DNA from: Oopsacas minuta
Taxonomy: Eukaryota; Animalia; Porifera
Reading direction: 5' to 3'
Length of the DNA: 64,000 bases
NCBI GenBank assembly: GCA_024704765.1
Contig: JAKMXF010000296.1
Coordinates: 470,465 to 534,464 of the forward strand
Position 1 is the stretch's first letter. Each line of letters opens with the position of its first letter. A model generated the notes under the pieces. It saw only the letters and a program-made list of their open reading frames with translations. It searched no databases and was not told the DNA's origin. The position numbers and the translations under genes were made by a program. Positions 27,162-40,200 of this stretch are shown here, piece after piece.

Positions 27162-27564
27162 CAGGCTTGGACCGGGTCACGAATAAACCGGGTCACCGGG
27201 TCACGAATAAACCCGGTCACTATTTTCAATAAATTTCCGGGTCTGAATCGGGTCACTGATTTTGACTTGACCCGGTTTATATCTTTATGGGTAATTAAAT
27301 TATAACGGTTTGTAAATCATAAAGATTCAGTCAATATTAGTTACACGTTTCACTTTCATGAATCATTAGTATTTTTACTAAACTTGTTTGGTATCATTAC
27401 TACCGTATACTTATATACATATATACTCTTATGTACGTATATAGATAATGTAATATAGAAAATTAATGTTTTGAAAACCGGGTCAAATACCGAAACTGGG
27501 TCACCGGGTCGGAAATTTCAACCTGGCCTACCGGGTCAGGATATCATGACCCGGTCCAAGCCTG
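27162..27564. mobile_element. hAT MITE (403 bp) with subterminal CCGGGTCA repeats
   Basis: Perfect 18-bp TIR CAGGCTTGGACCGGGTCA and perfect 8-bp TSD ATTCGGAA (27154-27161 and 27565-27572). Confidence 0.92.
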
Positions 27565-28339
27565 ATTCGGAATATATCCCAAAATTTCTAAAATGTTATT
27601 TGGATCAGTACTATATCAATACATGTATCAGGTGATTATCGTGATCTCGTTAGAACACAATGTTGAGTTTTGACAACCAAGAAAAGCAGTTGTGGTCATT
27701 ATTTTCTTATAAGTGAGTTCCTTAGAATGTTCTTACTTGAAATTGAGAGACAATCACTATTAATTAGTATGCTTTAGTTCGCCTTCTAATTCGTTGATTT
27801 AAAGAAATAATCATACTTATAGTTGCTATCTCAGGAATATATGAACGCTGAAACCTTACGAATTAATGTTTCCTTGCTTAGTTTATACTCCATTTCCGGA
27901 AGTGACTGCCATGCGTCTAACAAATGACAACTAGCGAAAGAAAAACACATTTTTCAACTGTGTAGACAATGGATAATTCAAACGAACATGTTTATGTGGG
28001 CATATGATTGCGTTTTGAAAGTTTTCAAAGTTTTAATTGAGGTTTTTAGTCAGAAGTGTGATTGCGAAATTTAGGGCAGCGTTGTTCATTCTGAATTGTC
28101 AAAGCAGCGATGGTAGATTTATGAACTACTACCTAACCTGCTTGACGATTACGACCTCCAATAATTGATGGATTACATTACTTCATGGTCTAACTTACAA
28201 CAAGTTTAGCCAAACTATCCCTCTCAGAATCATATAGAATACGAAAAGAATCTTGACACATTTTCAAAGGAAATCGCATTTGTCAATAGAGATACAATTC
28301 AAATCAGGCTAAGAGAAGAGCTTACTATCACATTGTTGA

Positions 28340-28470
28340 TTTAACCAATCTTCGACGAAGTAGAAGTTAGCAGCTAATTCGAACTAAAAAGCGTGTTCAC
28401 GTATAGCTAGAGAAAACAACTGTAATTTTTCAATAATAAACCATTTGTGGATTACGAAAATGTGATAATA
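28340..28470. repeat. Dispersed repeat family; related copies at ~48370-48530 (same orientation) and ~53690-53830 (inverted)
   Basis: Shared blocks TTAGCAGC(T/C)AATTC, GTGTTCAC, GCTA(G/A)AGAAAAC and GTGGATTACGAAAATGT; the reverse complement ACATTTTCGTGATCCGCCAACGCTATACTTTCG occurs near 53700. Confidence 0.6.
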
Positions 28471-28877
28471 ATTTTAAAATATGAGTGATGGCTTACCATC
28501 AATTTTTAGAATGTTTATAACATCAACTTTGGAGTGTATTTGACCATCTCTCAGTAATACTTATCTATTCCATTTACTTTATAGACTTTATAGCTGCATG
28601 TTTAATTAACTTTTTGTACGAATTCAGATTCACATATAAATTTAAGTGCATTTAGGACGAAGAACCATTTATAACCTTAAGTCAACACTGGCCATGATCT
28701 ATGACAATACAATGCTCTAGCGGTCCTAATCAACGCCCCCGTGAATTCATTATCGAATATTGGCTAAATGTTTAACCAAACACATTTCCTGATAGTTTTC
28801 GTGAATATCCATACATATGCATTTTTATTAGTTAATTATACGGTAGTAAGTTCTTAGGTTATGTATTCAAAACTTTA

Positions 28878-30450
28878 CAGTGGAACTCTGATAAGACTTA
28901 CTTTCGCTAAGTACTTACGCTGGAGCTTTGTGTTTTTGACAACATCTTGTGGTGGCCACCAGTTTTAATTGTCCTTGTAGATTTTGACTTCTTTGTATGG
29001 ACTCATCAAATGATCATTTTTCGTTTCAACTTAATGCACCTGTCCATGAAGGGATCTACCTCAACATGAGATCAGTAAGCTTATCAGCAGTAATTTAACC
29101 CTCTGACACAGATTTGAAAGTAAAGAGGCAAATTTGTATGCTCTTCATCAAATAGATCTTCATTCATCGTATTGGACAATAAGATCTCTTCTAATTCTAC
29201 TTCAATCAGCTCTTCTGTATGAGTATTTACGAGCTCTTCCACTTCCGAAGCAGCGAGATCCTAGAATCCCTCTCTTCCAATATCATATGAAATCTGGATG
29301 ATCGTTTCTATTCCCTCATAGATATCTGTTAAACTATTTGGGGCTTGGACTACCTCTTCACAACTTATTTCAGATTGCGTTAATGATAAACGGTTACAAT
29401 TAATTTAATGAATCTTTGATGTCTCTAATACACTAAGCAGTATTGTAACTCTTCCAACAGTCGATTCCGAAGATAGAATCATTCTTCTCCATCATATTCA
29501 AGATTCGATTGAAAGACCGCTTTAGGTAATAAGACTTGAAAGTGGTCCAATGGCTGAGGGTGGGCAGTTGTATTTGGTGGTAATTATATTACTTTGACTT
29601 GATCATGGATAATTGTATGCGTGGGGGTGACTGGGAACGCCATCAAACGTCAATACCACGATAAAATCCATATTCTACTTTGTTAGGTATTTTCCTCAAT
29701 GATAAGGGTATTGTGAAACCACCCATGAATACATTATACGTGACCTCAGCTTTCTTTCTTATTTCGTCTCCATATGACTGGTAACTTATATTTATCTTTA
29801 TAATTTCTCTTTAGAGAACTGTACAACAGAACTGACTTTATGATCAATGTCTCTAAGAATAGATATTTCAATGTATTGTGAAAGGCATTTAAGAATGTAA
29901 TTGTAATCTTGAAACGTCATATTTTGTATAACCCATAATTCTTTGAAGCCAATTGTTGATTTCATATCTTCTGACATGCCTGACGAATTGATACCAAAGT
30001 AATTACTTCAGTACATGATGCTTTGATGAGGTCTTTACTATAACATATTCATAATAAACACAATATGCTTTTGATGAAATATTTAAGGAACAAAAGTTTC
30101 AATCATCCAATACCATCTCAACTATAATTGCTTAATTGTAAGGCTTGTGAGCAATTTAGCCCCATGGGTTGTTGCTATCCCATAGAGTTAAAATAAAGTA
30201 ATTTTGTGTGCTCACTGCTTCTCATCTCTTCATCAATATCTGAATCTAAATGCCTTCAAAGTAAGTACATGTGATATCAATCAGGATCGGTTCATTTTTC
30301 AACTGTGGTTTCTCGGCTATCAGTAGCAATCCTTTTCATTATCTCTGGGTAAAATCAATTGAGGTGTTGTTATCTCTTGGATCTTGTTCAACTTACACCC
30401 ATTGGTGAAGCATAACATAAATTTATGACCTGCATTTATGTCCGATATAA
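28878..30450 (-). mobile_element. Decayed pogo/Tigger (DDE_1) transposon
   Basis: TA+CAGTGGAACTC terminus at 28878. Minus-strand fragments LGINSSG, VVLTFDGVPSHP and LPPNTTAHPQPLD are DDE_1 motifs. Second TIR not found; extent approximate. Confidence 0.6.
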
Positions 30451-31529
30451 TATTCGCTGTTTTTTTATTTGATTTTTCGTAATATATCAAAAGATTGCAT
30501 TATAACAGTATACGTTTTTTGTATCCTCATTTAGTCATGGAACTTATCTTAAATGAGGTCAATCTCTCCTTACTAATACCATAAAACAATTCTCGTATAT
30601 TTCTATATATATTGATCTACTCACAAAATAATCCATGTTCAAATATCAAGAAAATCCACAATCACACGGTTTTGAATCTCGAACAACCTTGTTACTGTAA
30701 ACCGTTTGCTTAATAGCTGGAGCTATTTATCAATTATTCAGGAATTGAGAATGTATTATGCAATTCTTTTTGGTCAATTTTTCATGATACAAAATAGGCT
30801 GAATTGAACTTGGCCGAATTGTCTGTTAACTTCACTTACTTTTCCGAGGTGATATTAATTAATTTTCAATTATGAAATTGATGCGGATTTAATATGACTT
30901 TTCCAAAACAGGATCAATTTCTTTGAATTCTACATGATACAGATTCAAGCTTTACGTACAAGCACGGAAACCTAGATACAAAACAGTATTACAGTGCTCG
31001 ATAATCAAACCTAGGACTTAAGATAATGAGTGCTAGCATGCTGGCCATAATCTCGGGGTAATGGGTCATGGCTCCGTGACTCATGACCCATGACCCACTA
31101 GTACTTTCAATGTATTCTCCAGTTTAAATACGAATCATCATCATCATTATAAGATGATATACAATTATACATAGAAATATTTAACATATTTGGCAGAGTA
31201 ACAAATACGTTTTTTGAGATATATCATATATTCTACACCCAGGACGCAAATACCATAATTGGCCTATAACGAATACTTGACAGCTCGATTCGTCAATTGG
31301 TCAATGGGTCTGGTGGCTCATGGGTCAGCAATGTTGACCCATGGCCCACTCTGCCACCTACCACCCAAAAGTGGCTCTTTCATTTGTCGCCTAATTTATA
31401 GGCGTTGCCGTGCAGGCATTCGGTAGTGGAGAGCAATACCACCCAATATTACAGATCCTATGCTCACAAGTTACCTAAGAGTAATGTAAACTCTTAGTCT
31501 CAATTTTCACATCATCTTGAGCCTTTTCA

Positions 31530-33661
31530 TACTGCCAAATTGCGCATCCCACTCTCTTCTACTATAATATTATAAGAATAGTGAATAGATGAATTGACAC
31601 ATATATGATATATGTGAATCGTGTTGATATAGCCTGTGTAACTGAAACTTGGCTCCCTGGCGAAATCCCTTCTGTACCACTGCCATCGATGGTCACTTGT
31701 GAGAGGAGAAGCAGAGTTGATCGGAGAGGTGGCGTTGTCCTTATTTGCATCCATAATAGCATCCCATACCACAGAATTGAGAACTTAGAATGTGATATGT
31801 TCGAGTCACTTATGGATGCTTGTCAGGGGTGGGTGCATACCGCATAATCAAACATCCATGTAGGTTTTATATATCACCTTCCGGGCACTTGTGATCTTAA
31901 CGCCACATATCATAAAACCCATTGATGACACACTAGACACATACCCATTTGTGGGTGTTATGCTCCTCGGCGATTTTAATAGCGTACCGCCTGTGGAGCT
32001 ATCCATTAAAACAGTTTGTCATGTCACAAACACGGCATATAGCGATTTCAGACAAATTTCCAACATTGACAGTCTGCATGAAAAATCAACCGTTCTTTTG
32101 CTCCTCGAGCCTGTCTTATCACAATCTTGTCATTTATTTACCACCTTCTTCACATAGGTTTACGCAGCTAAAACTGTAATATTGAATGTCCGAGTGATCA
32201 ACTTGCATGAGATAATTTTCCGAAATGCTGTCTAAATTGGACTGGAACACATTGCACTCACAGCCATCGTTTGAGCAGAATTTTGAAGTTTCTAAAAGTC
32301 CATATCAGATCAAATATAAGATTATCTCCCAACCATAGATGTCATGCGCAGCGTCATATATCTAATAAACCATGAGTTACAAACTATTCCCGTCAACACA
32401 TTACTCAACGCCAACGAGCTATCCTTTCTGCAAATTTTATTGAATATCGTGCTCTACGCAACAAAATGATCAGTAATGCTAGTGCCATCCGCCTGTCTTA
32501 CCTTCGTGGTAAACTGAGCTCTCTGCTTAATTGCGACCACGCCATTGGTACAAACTACCACCAGTCAAGGGAAAACTTCCTCCAACATTCATTCCATGGC
32601 TAAATATTGTGTGGTGGGGATTTCAGCATACTACCTGTGAGGATAAACAGTTTTTTTGAATCATTTTGTGGGGATCTGGAGCCCTTGGGAGCGGGTATGG
32701 TGCCACAGTATTGCCCTGTTCCCCCAAACTATACTATCGACACTAACACCGTTTTATAGTTGCTTATTTGGATAGAATACACGAAGCTTTATGCCCTGAC
32801 GATATCCTTGTTTGTATTCTCCGAAACAACTCTTTCACTTTACCCCATCCGGTTGTACTATCTTTTATGCATCCATCCTGGAGTATTATTGACCATCTAT
32901 ATGGAAATCCGCCAATGTCTTCCCCATCCCAAAGCATAACCGTCCGCCAGCTATTGATAAAGGTTTGAGACCAATTTCACTGACAGGCGTATGGCGAAAC
33001 TATTAGAACGAATACTTAATAGGAAGATTGATGCTCGACATCATTGCTGGCATGCTTGTTCAGAATCACTACCGGAGACTTAAAGGTCTATTCACCACCC
33101 TTGCAATCGTTTAAATCTTCCACACTTGGCTCCTTGCGGTAGAGGAAATGAAGGCCTCACAGGTGGGCCTATTGGACTACCGTAAGCCTTTTGATTATGT
33201 GGACCACACAATAGTAATCACAAAATGTGAAACTTTGACCTCCCCTATCTTTTCTTTCGATGGTTATGTGCCTTTTTATCTAATTGGTCACAAAGGGTGA
33301 GGCTTGATCAGCAATTGTTCCCCTGGGTTTGTCTGATAGGAGTCTTTCCAACAAGGATCATGCCAGAGGCCCCTCCTCTTTATTTTACCCATAGTGATTT
33401 ACACTCTCTATGTCCTCTGCACAAATATATGGATTGTACCACCTTATAGGTGCAAGTCCAGAAGGGGAGCTTGAGCTCCATGCATACACTGATAGTCCTA
33501 ACAGTTTCGTTGTCCACCGCGAGCAAATGATGCCAACATCAATAAATCATGGGATTTATTGTATCTTTCGCTAAACAACCCTCCTCCTATCTTGATCGAA
33601 GGGATGAATATAGAGGCGAAATTCCACCTATATTTGTTCAAAAGCCTTTTAGCGTCTATAC
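31530..33661 (+). mobile_element. Non-LTR retrotransposon (APE endonuclease + RT; CR1/L2/Crack-like), decayed, 5' part
   Basis: DIACVTETWL, RVDRRGGVV and LLGDFN (APE). RT-like fragments RPISLT, LDYRKPFDYVDH, WLCAFLS and HKYMD across frames. Confidence 0.8.
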
Positions 33662-34526
33662 CAGTGGTTCTCAGACTTTTTCTCATTGCGTACCCCTCAA
33701 GCTGGATCTTGTGTGTGATGTACCCCTTAAAATGGCCTGCATTGTAAATATTAGGTTTACAATTCCTTTTACCCAGTTGTGAAAAATAAAAGTGTTTTTT
33801 ATTCTAGCAATATAAATAAAGTAGATAATTAATTAGTGAGAAGGATGTGCTTGCATGTTGTGTATCAGGCTATCAATTCGTGGCACAGTTTTTGAAAGGG
33901 TCAGACGGAGATCACCTTCCACAGACAACCGCGCTCGAAATTTGTTTCTAATTAGTAATAGCGCTGAAAATCCTTGTTAACAAATTCCTCTTGGACTCTG
34001 TCTGGTATAGAACTTACATCGCATCTAAATGGATTTCGAATCATTTTCATGTCCAGCTCGCTCAAGTCTGGGAGTAAGTTTAAAATTCATTTCGCATTGC
34101 TGAGAGGTGAGCCTTTACTAGAGCACCTATACTTTGATCTGTAGTACCCTCTTCTCCAAGAGTTGCTAAGAGGCTTTCAAAAAAATCAAACTTTCCCACG
34201 GTTAACTTTGCTTCCCAGAGTTCTAACTTCATAATAAATGCCTGAATCTTGTTCACACAATTAATCACGGTAGTATACCGTCCTTGGAGGGACTTGTTGA
34301 GCAAGTTGATCCGCGAGAAGATATCATTTAGGTAGGCGAGTTTTTTCAGCCATTCTTTCTCTGAGAGTTTGCCGAAGAATTCTTTTGACTTCTCTTTCCC
34401 ATCTCGTTCAAAGAATTCAAGCAATTGGTTTTTCAGTGAATATACTCGAGAGAGCATGTTCCCTCGTGAGAGCCAACGAACTTCAGTATAGAACAGCAAA
34501 TTCTGATGGTCAATATCTAATTCTTC

Positions 34527-35749
34527 GAATTCAATTATTTTGGCAACTGAACTGAAAGTTCAATTATTCTGGCCAACGAATTCAGTTATTTTGGCAACCG
34601 AACTTAAGATTCAATTATTTCGGCAAACGAATTCAATTATCTTGGCAAACAAATCAATTAATTTGGCAAATGTTTAAAATTATACGCTCTATATATTGGT
34701 ATAATTTCAACATTTCCCTTTGTAGAGTGTGAATTCATATACTCAGACCAGAATGTTAAAAAATGTGTAGAAACATTATTTACATTAGTAACTTCTATTC
34801 ACTAAGATGGTAGAACCTGGTAGTCATAGATTCCTACCTCCTGGATGAAAGATGCAGAGAGGGAAGTACTGGCTCGTCGCCACGCCACTAGACAACGTGA
34901 CGAATTCAAGAAGGAGGTGGCTGCTAAACTATTAGACAATACCATTAACATGATCCAGGCAAAAATGTCACACCTCATTGTCTTATCTTCACAACTCAAT
35001 AACCTTATTTCTTCTATACAAAAGGCTTATTTTAAGGATATTTTCGAAGAATTGAATTCCTTGCCTGAAGATGCTGTCTTATCTGTAGAATACTATCCAG
35101 CAACAGCAGATGTAGTCAACATCTTTATGCTGACCGATAATATACAGAATGTCAATATTATGGAAGATGGTGACATTCTAGCTAATTCTACAACCAAACA
35201 TATAATGTTGAAGCTCAGAGACATGATAGCTCACAATATCGTTCTTAAGGAGCAGATCACAGGAGAAATCAGAAATGGCATTCCTGACATGATGAGGCTA
35301 TCCACAGATAAGATAAGCTGTAGAACTTTCCGCTTTTTACCAGTAAACCAACAGTGCTGGCTATTAGGACGTGACGAAATCGACGTTCTAAGAATAGACG
35401 CCTCAGAAGTTAAGATGCAAGAAGGAAGTGCTTACGAAGTAAGGACTGGAGTATTATTCTCTTCATCTACCAAGACATACACAATCAATTGGTCAAAATG
35501 CAAGAGAGAGCTACAGAAGTATGGGAGAGACCTTACATGGCCAAAGCCCTCAAAGAGGATGAAAGGAGAAAGGCTGCTTATATACTCAGGACGATCTATA
35601 GTAACTCCAGTAGATCGTCCCGAGGTTCTTCAAAATTAATTGCTTTTGTTTGCCAAAATAATTGAATTATCAGTTCAGTTGCCAAATTAATTGCTTTTGT
35701 TTGCCAAAATAATTGAATTTTCAGTTCAGTTGCCAAAATAATTGAATTC
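34527..35749 (+). mobile_element. Unclassified TIR element (1223 bp) with tandem-repeat TIRs, carrying an orphan ORF
   Basis: Both ends read GAATTCAATTATTTTGGCAACTGAACTGAAA inward. The unit CAATTATTTTGGCAA is repeated about 6 times on the left and 4-5 times (inverted) on the right. Buster transposase sequence resumes immediately on both sides. Confidence 0.8.
34845..35639 (+). CDS. Hypothetical protein, 264 aa, no family recognised
   Basis: Longest uninterrupted ORF in the window; ATG start; intronless; helical/coiled-coil-like N-terminus. The stop codon lies inside the innermost TIR repeat. Confidence 0.55.
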   Translation: MKDAEREVLARRHATRQRDEFKKEVAAKLLDNTINMIQAKMSHLIVLSSQLNNLISSIQKAYFKDIFEELNSLPEDAVLSVEYYPATADVVNIFMLTDNIQNVNIMEDGDILANSTTKHIMLKLRDMIAHNIVLKEQITGEIRNGIPDMMRLSTDKISCRTFRFLPVNQQCWLLGRDEIDVLRIDASEVKMQEGSAYEVRTGVLFSSSTKTYTINWSKCKRELQKYGRDLTWPKPSKRMKGERLLIYSGRSIVTPVDRPEVLQN

Positions 35750-36564
35750 AGTTGGCTAGATAATATTACATTCGTTTCTTTTCGGCGCTATCTCCCAAAA
35801 TGCAGTACACGATGTCCTTACAACAGGGGAGTATAAGATTTTCTGCAATCGTATGTGGTTTCTTTTCTTGAGCGATTCGCAAATCCACCATGTACGAGGT
35901 ACGAAGACCTGCTTGAGTCTGTTGACTCAATTGTCCTCTGTGATCTATACGGATTCGCTTTACTCCTACTTCTTGGTGCTTGAAGAAATCTATATCCTTA
36001 TCTGCAAGATTTGGGTGGCCTAGCTTAAATGGCGGTTTAGAAAACTTGGTTTCATCGAGCCCTCAGATAGCACCTTATAACATATTACACATTGTGGTAG
36101 TTCCCGTCCCTCTTTAAGTATGGATGTAAATCCATATTTGATATAGTCTTCATTATACTTCCGTTTCTTAGCAGATTCCATATGAATTTGGTGATAAAGT
36201 CAAGGTCTCAAAGAAATACTCTTCTAATTTCCATTTTATAAGAACAATACGATACACGGGTGGGTGTGATATTCAAATCAATATGAGTTGACACATATGT
36301 ACGGACAATGGAATCCTTAATTAGCATAACCTCAAACAATAAATATCCAAGGGTGATAATAATTAGTGATGAAACCATTGTAACTGATACATATTAATTA
36401 TTTGGCATGAAATAACTATCTATGTGCTGAGTCTGTTGACATGATAGTGTGTAACTCGAAATGTTTGTATATGATTATTACAGAATTGATATGATTAGTG
36501 AAACACCGGCGTACCCCTAGGAAAAGTGCTGGCGTACCCCAGTTTGAGAACCACTGGTCTATAC

Positions 36565-36960
36565 CATCTTAAGCAGCTGCGGAGAGCTTGCCTCGACAGA
36601 GGTGGCTTGCTCTTTTTCTGGATCTGTAGTCAGGCCAGTTGTTGAATATGCCCTATCCGGTGTGTCTTACATCCCTGACCATGTCTGATTCTGCCAAGAT
36701 AGAGTACATCCAAATGAGAGCCATGAAAATGATTGAGCTGAGCTTGTGTTATGTTGTGGCATTTGATAAAAACCACCTAATTTATCTTAGGGTCCATAAC
36801 GATTGTTTATTCGCGAAATATTTTCTGCCATTAAGTCCACATCACACAAATTACACCATCTTCTACCTGTACATATATCTCCCAGTATTCCCTACTTTGG
36901 TTATAAAATCTATCCTCCCAGAAACCAAAACTAACCGGTTTAGAACTTTCCAATTTTCAA
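36565..36960 (+). mobile_element. Non-LTR retrotransposon, 3' part (continuation of 31530-33661)
   Basis: SVVRPVVEY (RT C-terminal 'RPVLEYA' motif), IEYIQMRAMKMI and KTNRFR-like end, directly after the Buster TSD. Confidence 0.75.
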
Positions 36961-37547
36961 TAGTTCTATTGATACCTCCCTGGAGTTTCTTTTACTGGAT
37001 ACTGATGTGACGCCTGAAATGAGGTCTCGAAAACACTGATGATATTCCTGCAGGTAATGACTTGAAGATCCTGATGAGATGGCCGAAGTAGATGAATGTA
37101 AGATACTGATGCCCCGGATTATTTTGATTGTACTGTTGTTCATTTTGTGCTCATTTTGTATGTATGTATTTTGGGAAAGGCTTCTCATCCTACATGTGCG
37201 CTTTTGGGAAATTCTGTTCATTTCAGATTAGCTCGTTCGATCAATATTCATTTAGAAGAATATTCTTACGCAAAAACACTCCAGGGGGGTTGTGAACCTT
37301 TTATTTTGTTTTCGTATATTTTTGAGAGCAATTTAGCCTAATTGCTACAAATTTCCTTTTCTTTTCTTTTCTTTTACATTAGTTATCTTATCATTTATCT
37401 TTTGTTAGGCAGTATCTTTTGATATATCCGAACTATTGAATTAATTACTTGAACTATCTACCATTCTCCAACACCTGTTCAAGTTCAGCTTTTGATAGGC
37501 TTGGATTACTTTTCGAGCCGGTTAAATTACCACCTGCCACCTGTCAC

Positions 37548-39209
37548 CTGGGTGCTAGGTCACCTTGCCGAAAGACATCTTTCCGAAAGTTATTTTCCAG
37601 AAGTTATAGTTAATTTATTTGTACTAAAATAGTGATAAATTTTTAGAAGTTTAAGTTTATTGTAGAAAATTGAAATATGAAAATATAATAAAACTGATAT
37701 ATTAGTAAGTTAAATTATGCGTTATACGACGAAGATATTCTAGATGTGGTATATATATTTATTCGTCTACCAACTTCTCTAAACGTCTATTAGGTTGAAC
37801 GTACTTCTTCTTATATTTCTGCAGTTCATGTCCGCATCAAACTTTTTCTAGTGTAATTTCATTATCACTCTGTTCCATAATAATTTTGCTAATTCGTTTA
37901 GAGAGAGTTGGATGCGTTGTGTTAACTCTTATATCGAATGCTCTATGCCACCCCTCCACAGAAGTATTCATCCGTGGCAGAACTCATTCTACTCTACCTC
38001 TAACATTCCATAGTTCTATGGAAAATAACGGACTTCATCTTCGTCCATGATGTTCTAATCCAATCCATGTCTTCTCAAAGTAGTGAATGAAATCACTTAA
38101 GTAATCTACAAGAACATTAAACAGGGAATCAATGAGTTCTCCATGTCATAGAAAGACATCTATTCCCGGTACAAATGCTATTACCCGAAATTCCTTCATA
38201 ATCACCACGAATTGTTCATCACATTGTTAGCGAAGTTGAAATCCTTGGGCCTGAATCAGTCGCCAAATCGCTTGCCCGAAATGAAAATACATGCCTGAAG
38301 TACTGAGTTGGAAAATTCTGTGTAAGTGCGTTTAAAGCAGCTCTTTCAAAATCGATCATTATCGTATCAGGTTGTAATGAGGGATCACGCCCCTTCAGAG
38401 TAGAGAAGATTTGATTGTACGTCATTTCTGTTTTATTTTTAGCTATACAAAAGATTAGAAGAATTGTCACGGTCTCAGTCTATCACGCATGGACAGTGTA
38501 TAATTGGTATCCAAGTGGTGCGGAATCAAATGTCAATAGCAAAACCACTTTAGGTATCGAGCTAGCAGTCTGATGTTTTCTTCTGTTCCGAGGATAATTA
38601 GATAGATCTCTGGCTTGTTGAAGATTAAAATTTGTTGGCCCCTTGTTGTATGTATAGATTCGTAAAAATCTATATCTGAAAGTTTCCTCTTGCGTCGTAC
38701 AATTTTAGACAAGTATTCTTTAGTGGGTAGTTTTATTGCTGCATCAATTGAGATTGGGCTTGTTGCATTCTGGATTACCGAAGAAGTACTTCTTCAGTTA
38801 GTGTAGATCGGAATTTAATCGCTTCTATAGTTTTAACTGCCTCAATAGATCCGAAATCGGGTTGATGATTGTGGCTTAGAGGTGCCTTTTACAAATTCGC
38901 TTATTCTATAAGTTATCATACGACTATTACATAAACCTCTCTTCTCACAACGCCAATAAGTTGAATGATCAGTATCTGGATCTTTGATATATATGTAATC
39001 ATTATATATCAGCTTATTTCCCCCGAAAATTGTTGATGTCAATTCCATTTTATCGAAAATAGTAATTATTCGATATTGCCAGTATTTATAGCGATTATAC
39101 GGTAGAATGTGTATAAATACCTACCATTCATTAAATTATTTATTTTATATATATAATTTGTCCCATATGATTAATTTAATATCTTTCGGCAAGGTGTCCG
39201 GACACGGCC
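37548..39209 (-). mobile_element. Mutator-like element (FLYWCH + MULE transposase), decayed
   Basis: LIYNDYIYIK...TYWRCEKRGLCNSRMIT (FLYWCH), QLYTVH, IMIDFERAALNAL and LPRMNTSVEGWHRAF. Partial TIR CACCTTGCCGAAAGA at both ends. Confidence 0.85.
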
Positions 39210-39269
39210 ACTTGAGTCATATTGTTGAATTAGTCAATTGCTTATTCATATAATTAATATACCCTTCTT

Positions 39270-40200
39270 GGTTTACTTCCACCGCTGTTTGGCTTCTGTT
39301 TAGATCGGGAAGATGTCTAGAGTATGAAATATTGCCATCGTCATGCAAGTAAGAATATTGACAATTTACTTCATATTTTACATAAATTCATTTAGATTCT
39401 GGAATGAATGTTATTGATAATCAATATTAGCTTGAGCAACTGGAATGTAATTTGTTTTTGATTAGGAAAGGGTTTAATGTAGTTTGTATTTGTAGAATTC
39501 AAATCTTAGTGAGAAAAAATCAAACATATTAGGGCTAAACTAATTGTCCAATCTCCTTTTAATTTTGGAAAAACAATCATTATTAGTGACTAATGAAATA
39601 TCCCATTTTAAATTATTTAAGATGAATTCGTCAGAATTATTCAACTTTAAATCAGTTTCACCAAGAAACTATTATCAAAACAGAATGGAAGGGTGTCCAC
39701 ACATTCCATCTCATGACTAATTTAGTTACTTGCCGTTAATGTGTTGTTAGATTATTCCATATTCATTTCTAAATATGTATATGTGTCACCATTTCGCTAT
39801 CTGAATCACGTACATCACTATATTATTTGGAACAGACAAGACCTCAGCATGTATTAAATTATTTGCAGGTTCATTGAGATTTAAACTAGACAATAAACTG
39901 AAGATAAACGCTTCGTCATTTGCATGTTTATCTCGTAATTCTGCTATTCATAATATAAATTTTTCGATTGCATTAGTAACAGCATGAAAAGACCTAAACC
40001 AAACATCTGCATTATACCAAAACATTCAACTTTCTCAAAGATAAGCAAGAGATAAATATTTTGAGAACCTTTCAAGATTTAGACTCATAAAATGCTGATA
40101 ACATGAATATATTCTAGGAATTGATCGAAGTAATAATGAGAACTCTACAATACACAACTTTGATTGGTTTTGAATGTTTCAGATCTAAAAAACGTATTGC
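39270..40200 (-). pseudogene. Highly decayed hAT-like transposase remnant
   Basis: Minus-strand fragments ADVWFRSFHAV (resembling the 'D.RW.S' motif) and FQNL....VNILT (resembling the hAT C-terminus), among many stops. Confidence 0.3.

Larger units (their letters stand above)
33662..36556 (-). mobile_element. hAT Buster/Charlie (ZBED5/SCAND3-like) transposon, internally deleted, inserted into the LINE
   Basis: TIRs CAGTGGTTCTCA and perfect 8-bp TSD GTCTATAC (33654-33661 and 36557-36564). Transposase from ATG ~36181 (KRKYNEDYIKYGF..PQCVIC..MKPSFLNRHL, KPHTIAENLILPCCKDIV) and LLFYTEVRWLSRG..LAYLNDIF..N.LNKSLQG. Confidence 0.92.

Noticed and set aside
34527-34675. CRISPR-like array (regular ~15-bp repeats with short spacers)
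   Set aside because: The repeats are degenerate, the spacers are only 6-14 bp and mirrored at 35631-35749, there are no cas genes, and the context is eukaryotic; these are TIR subunits.
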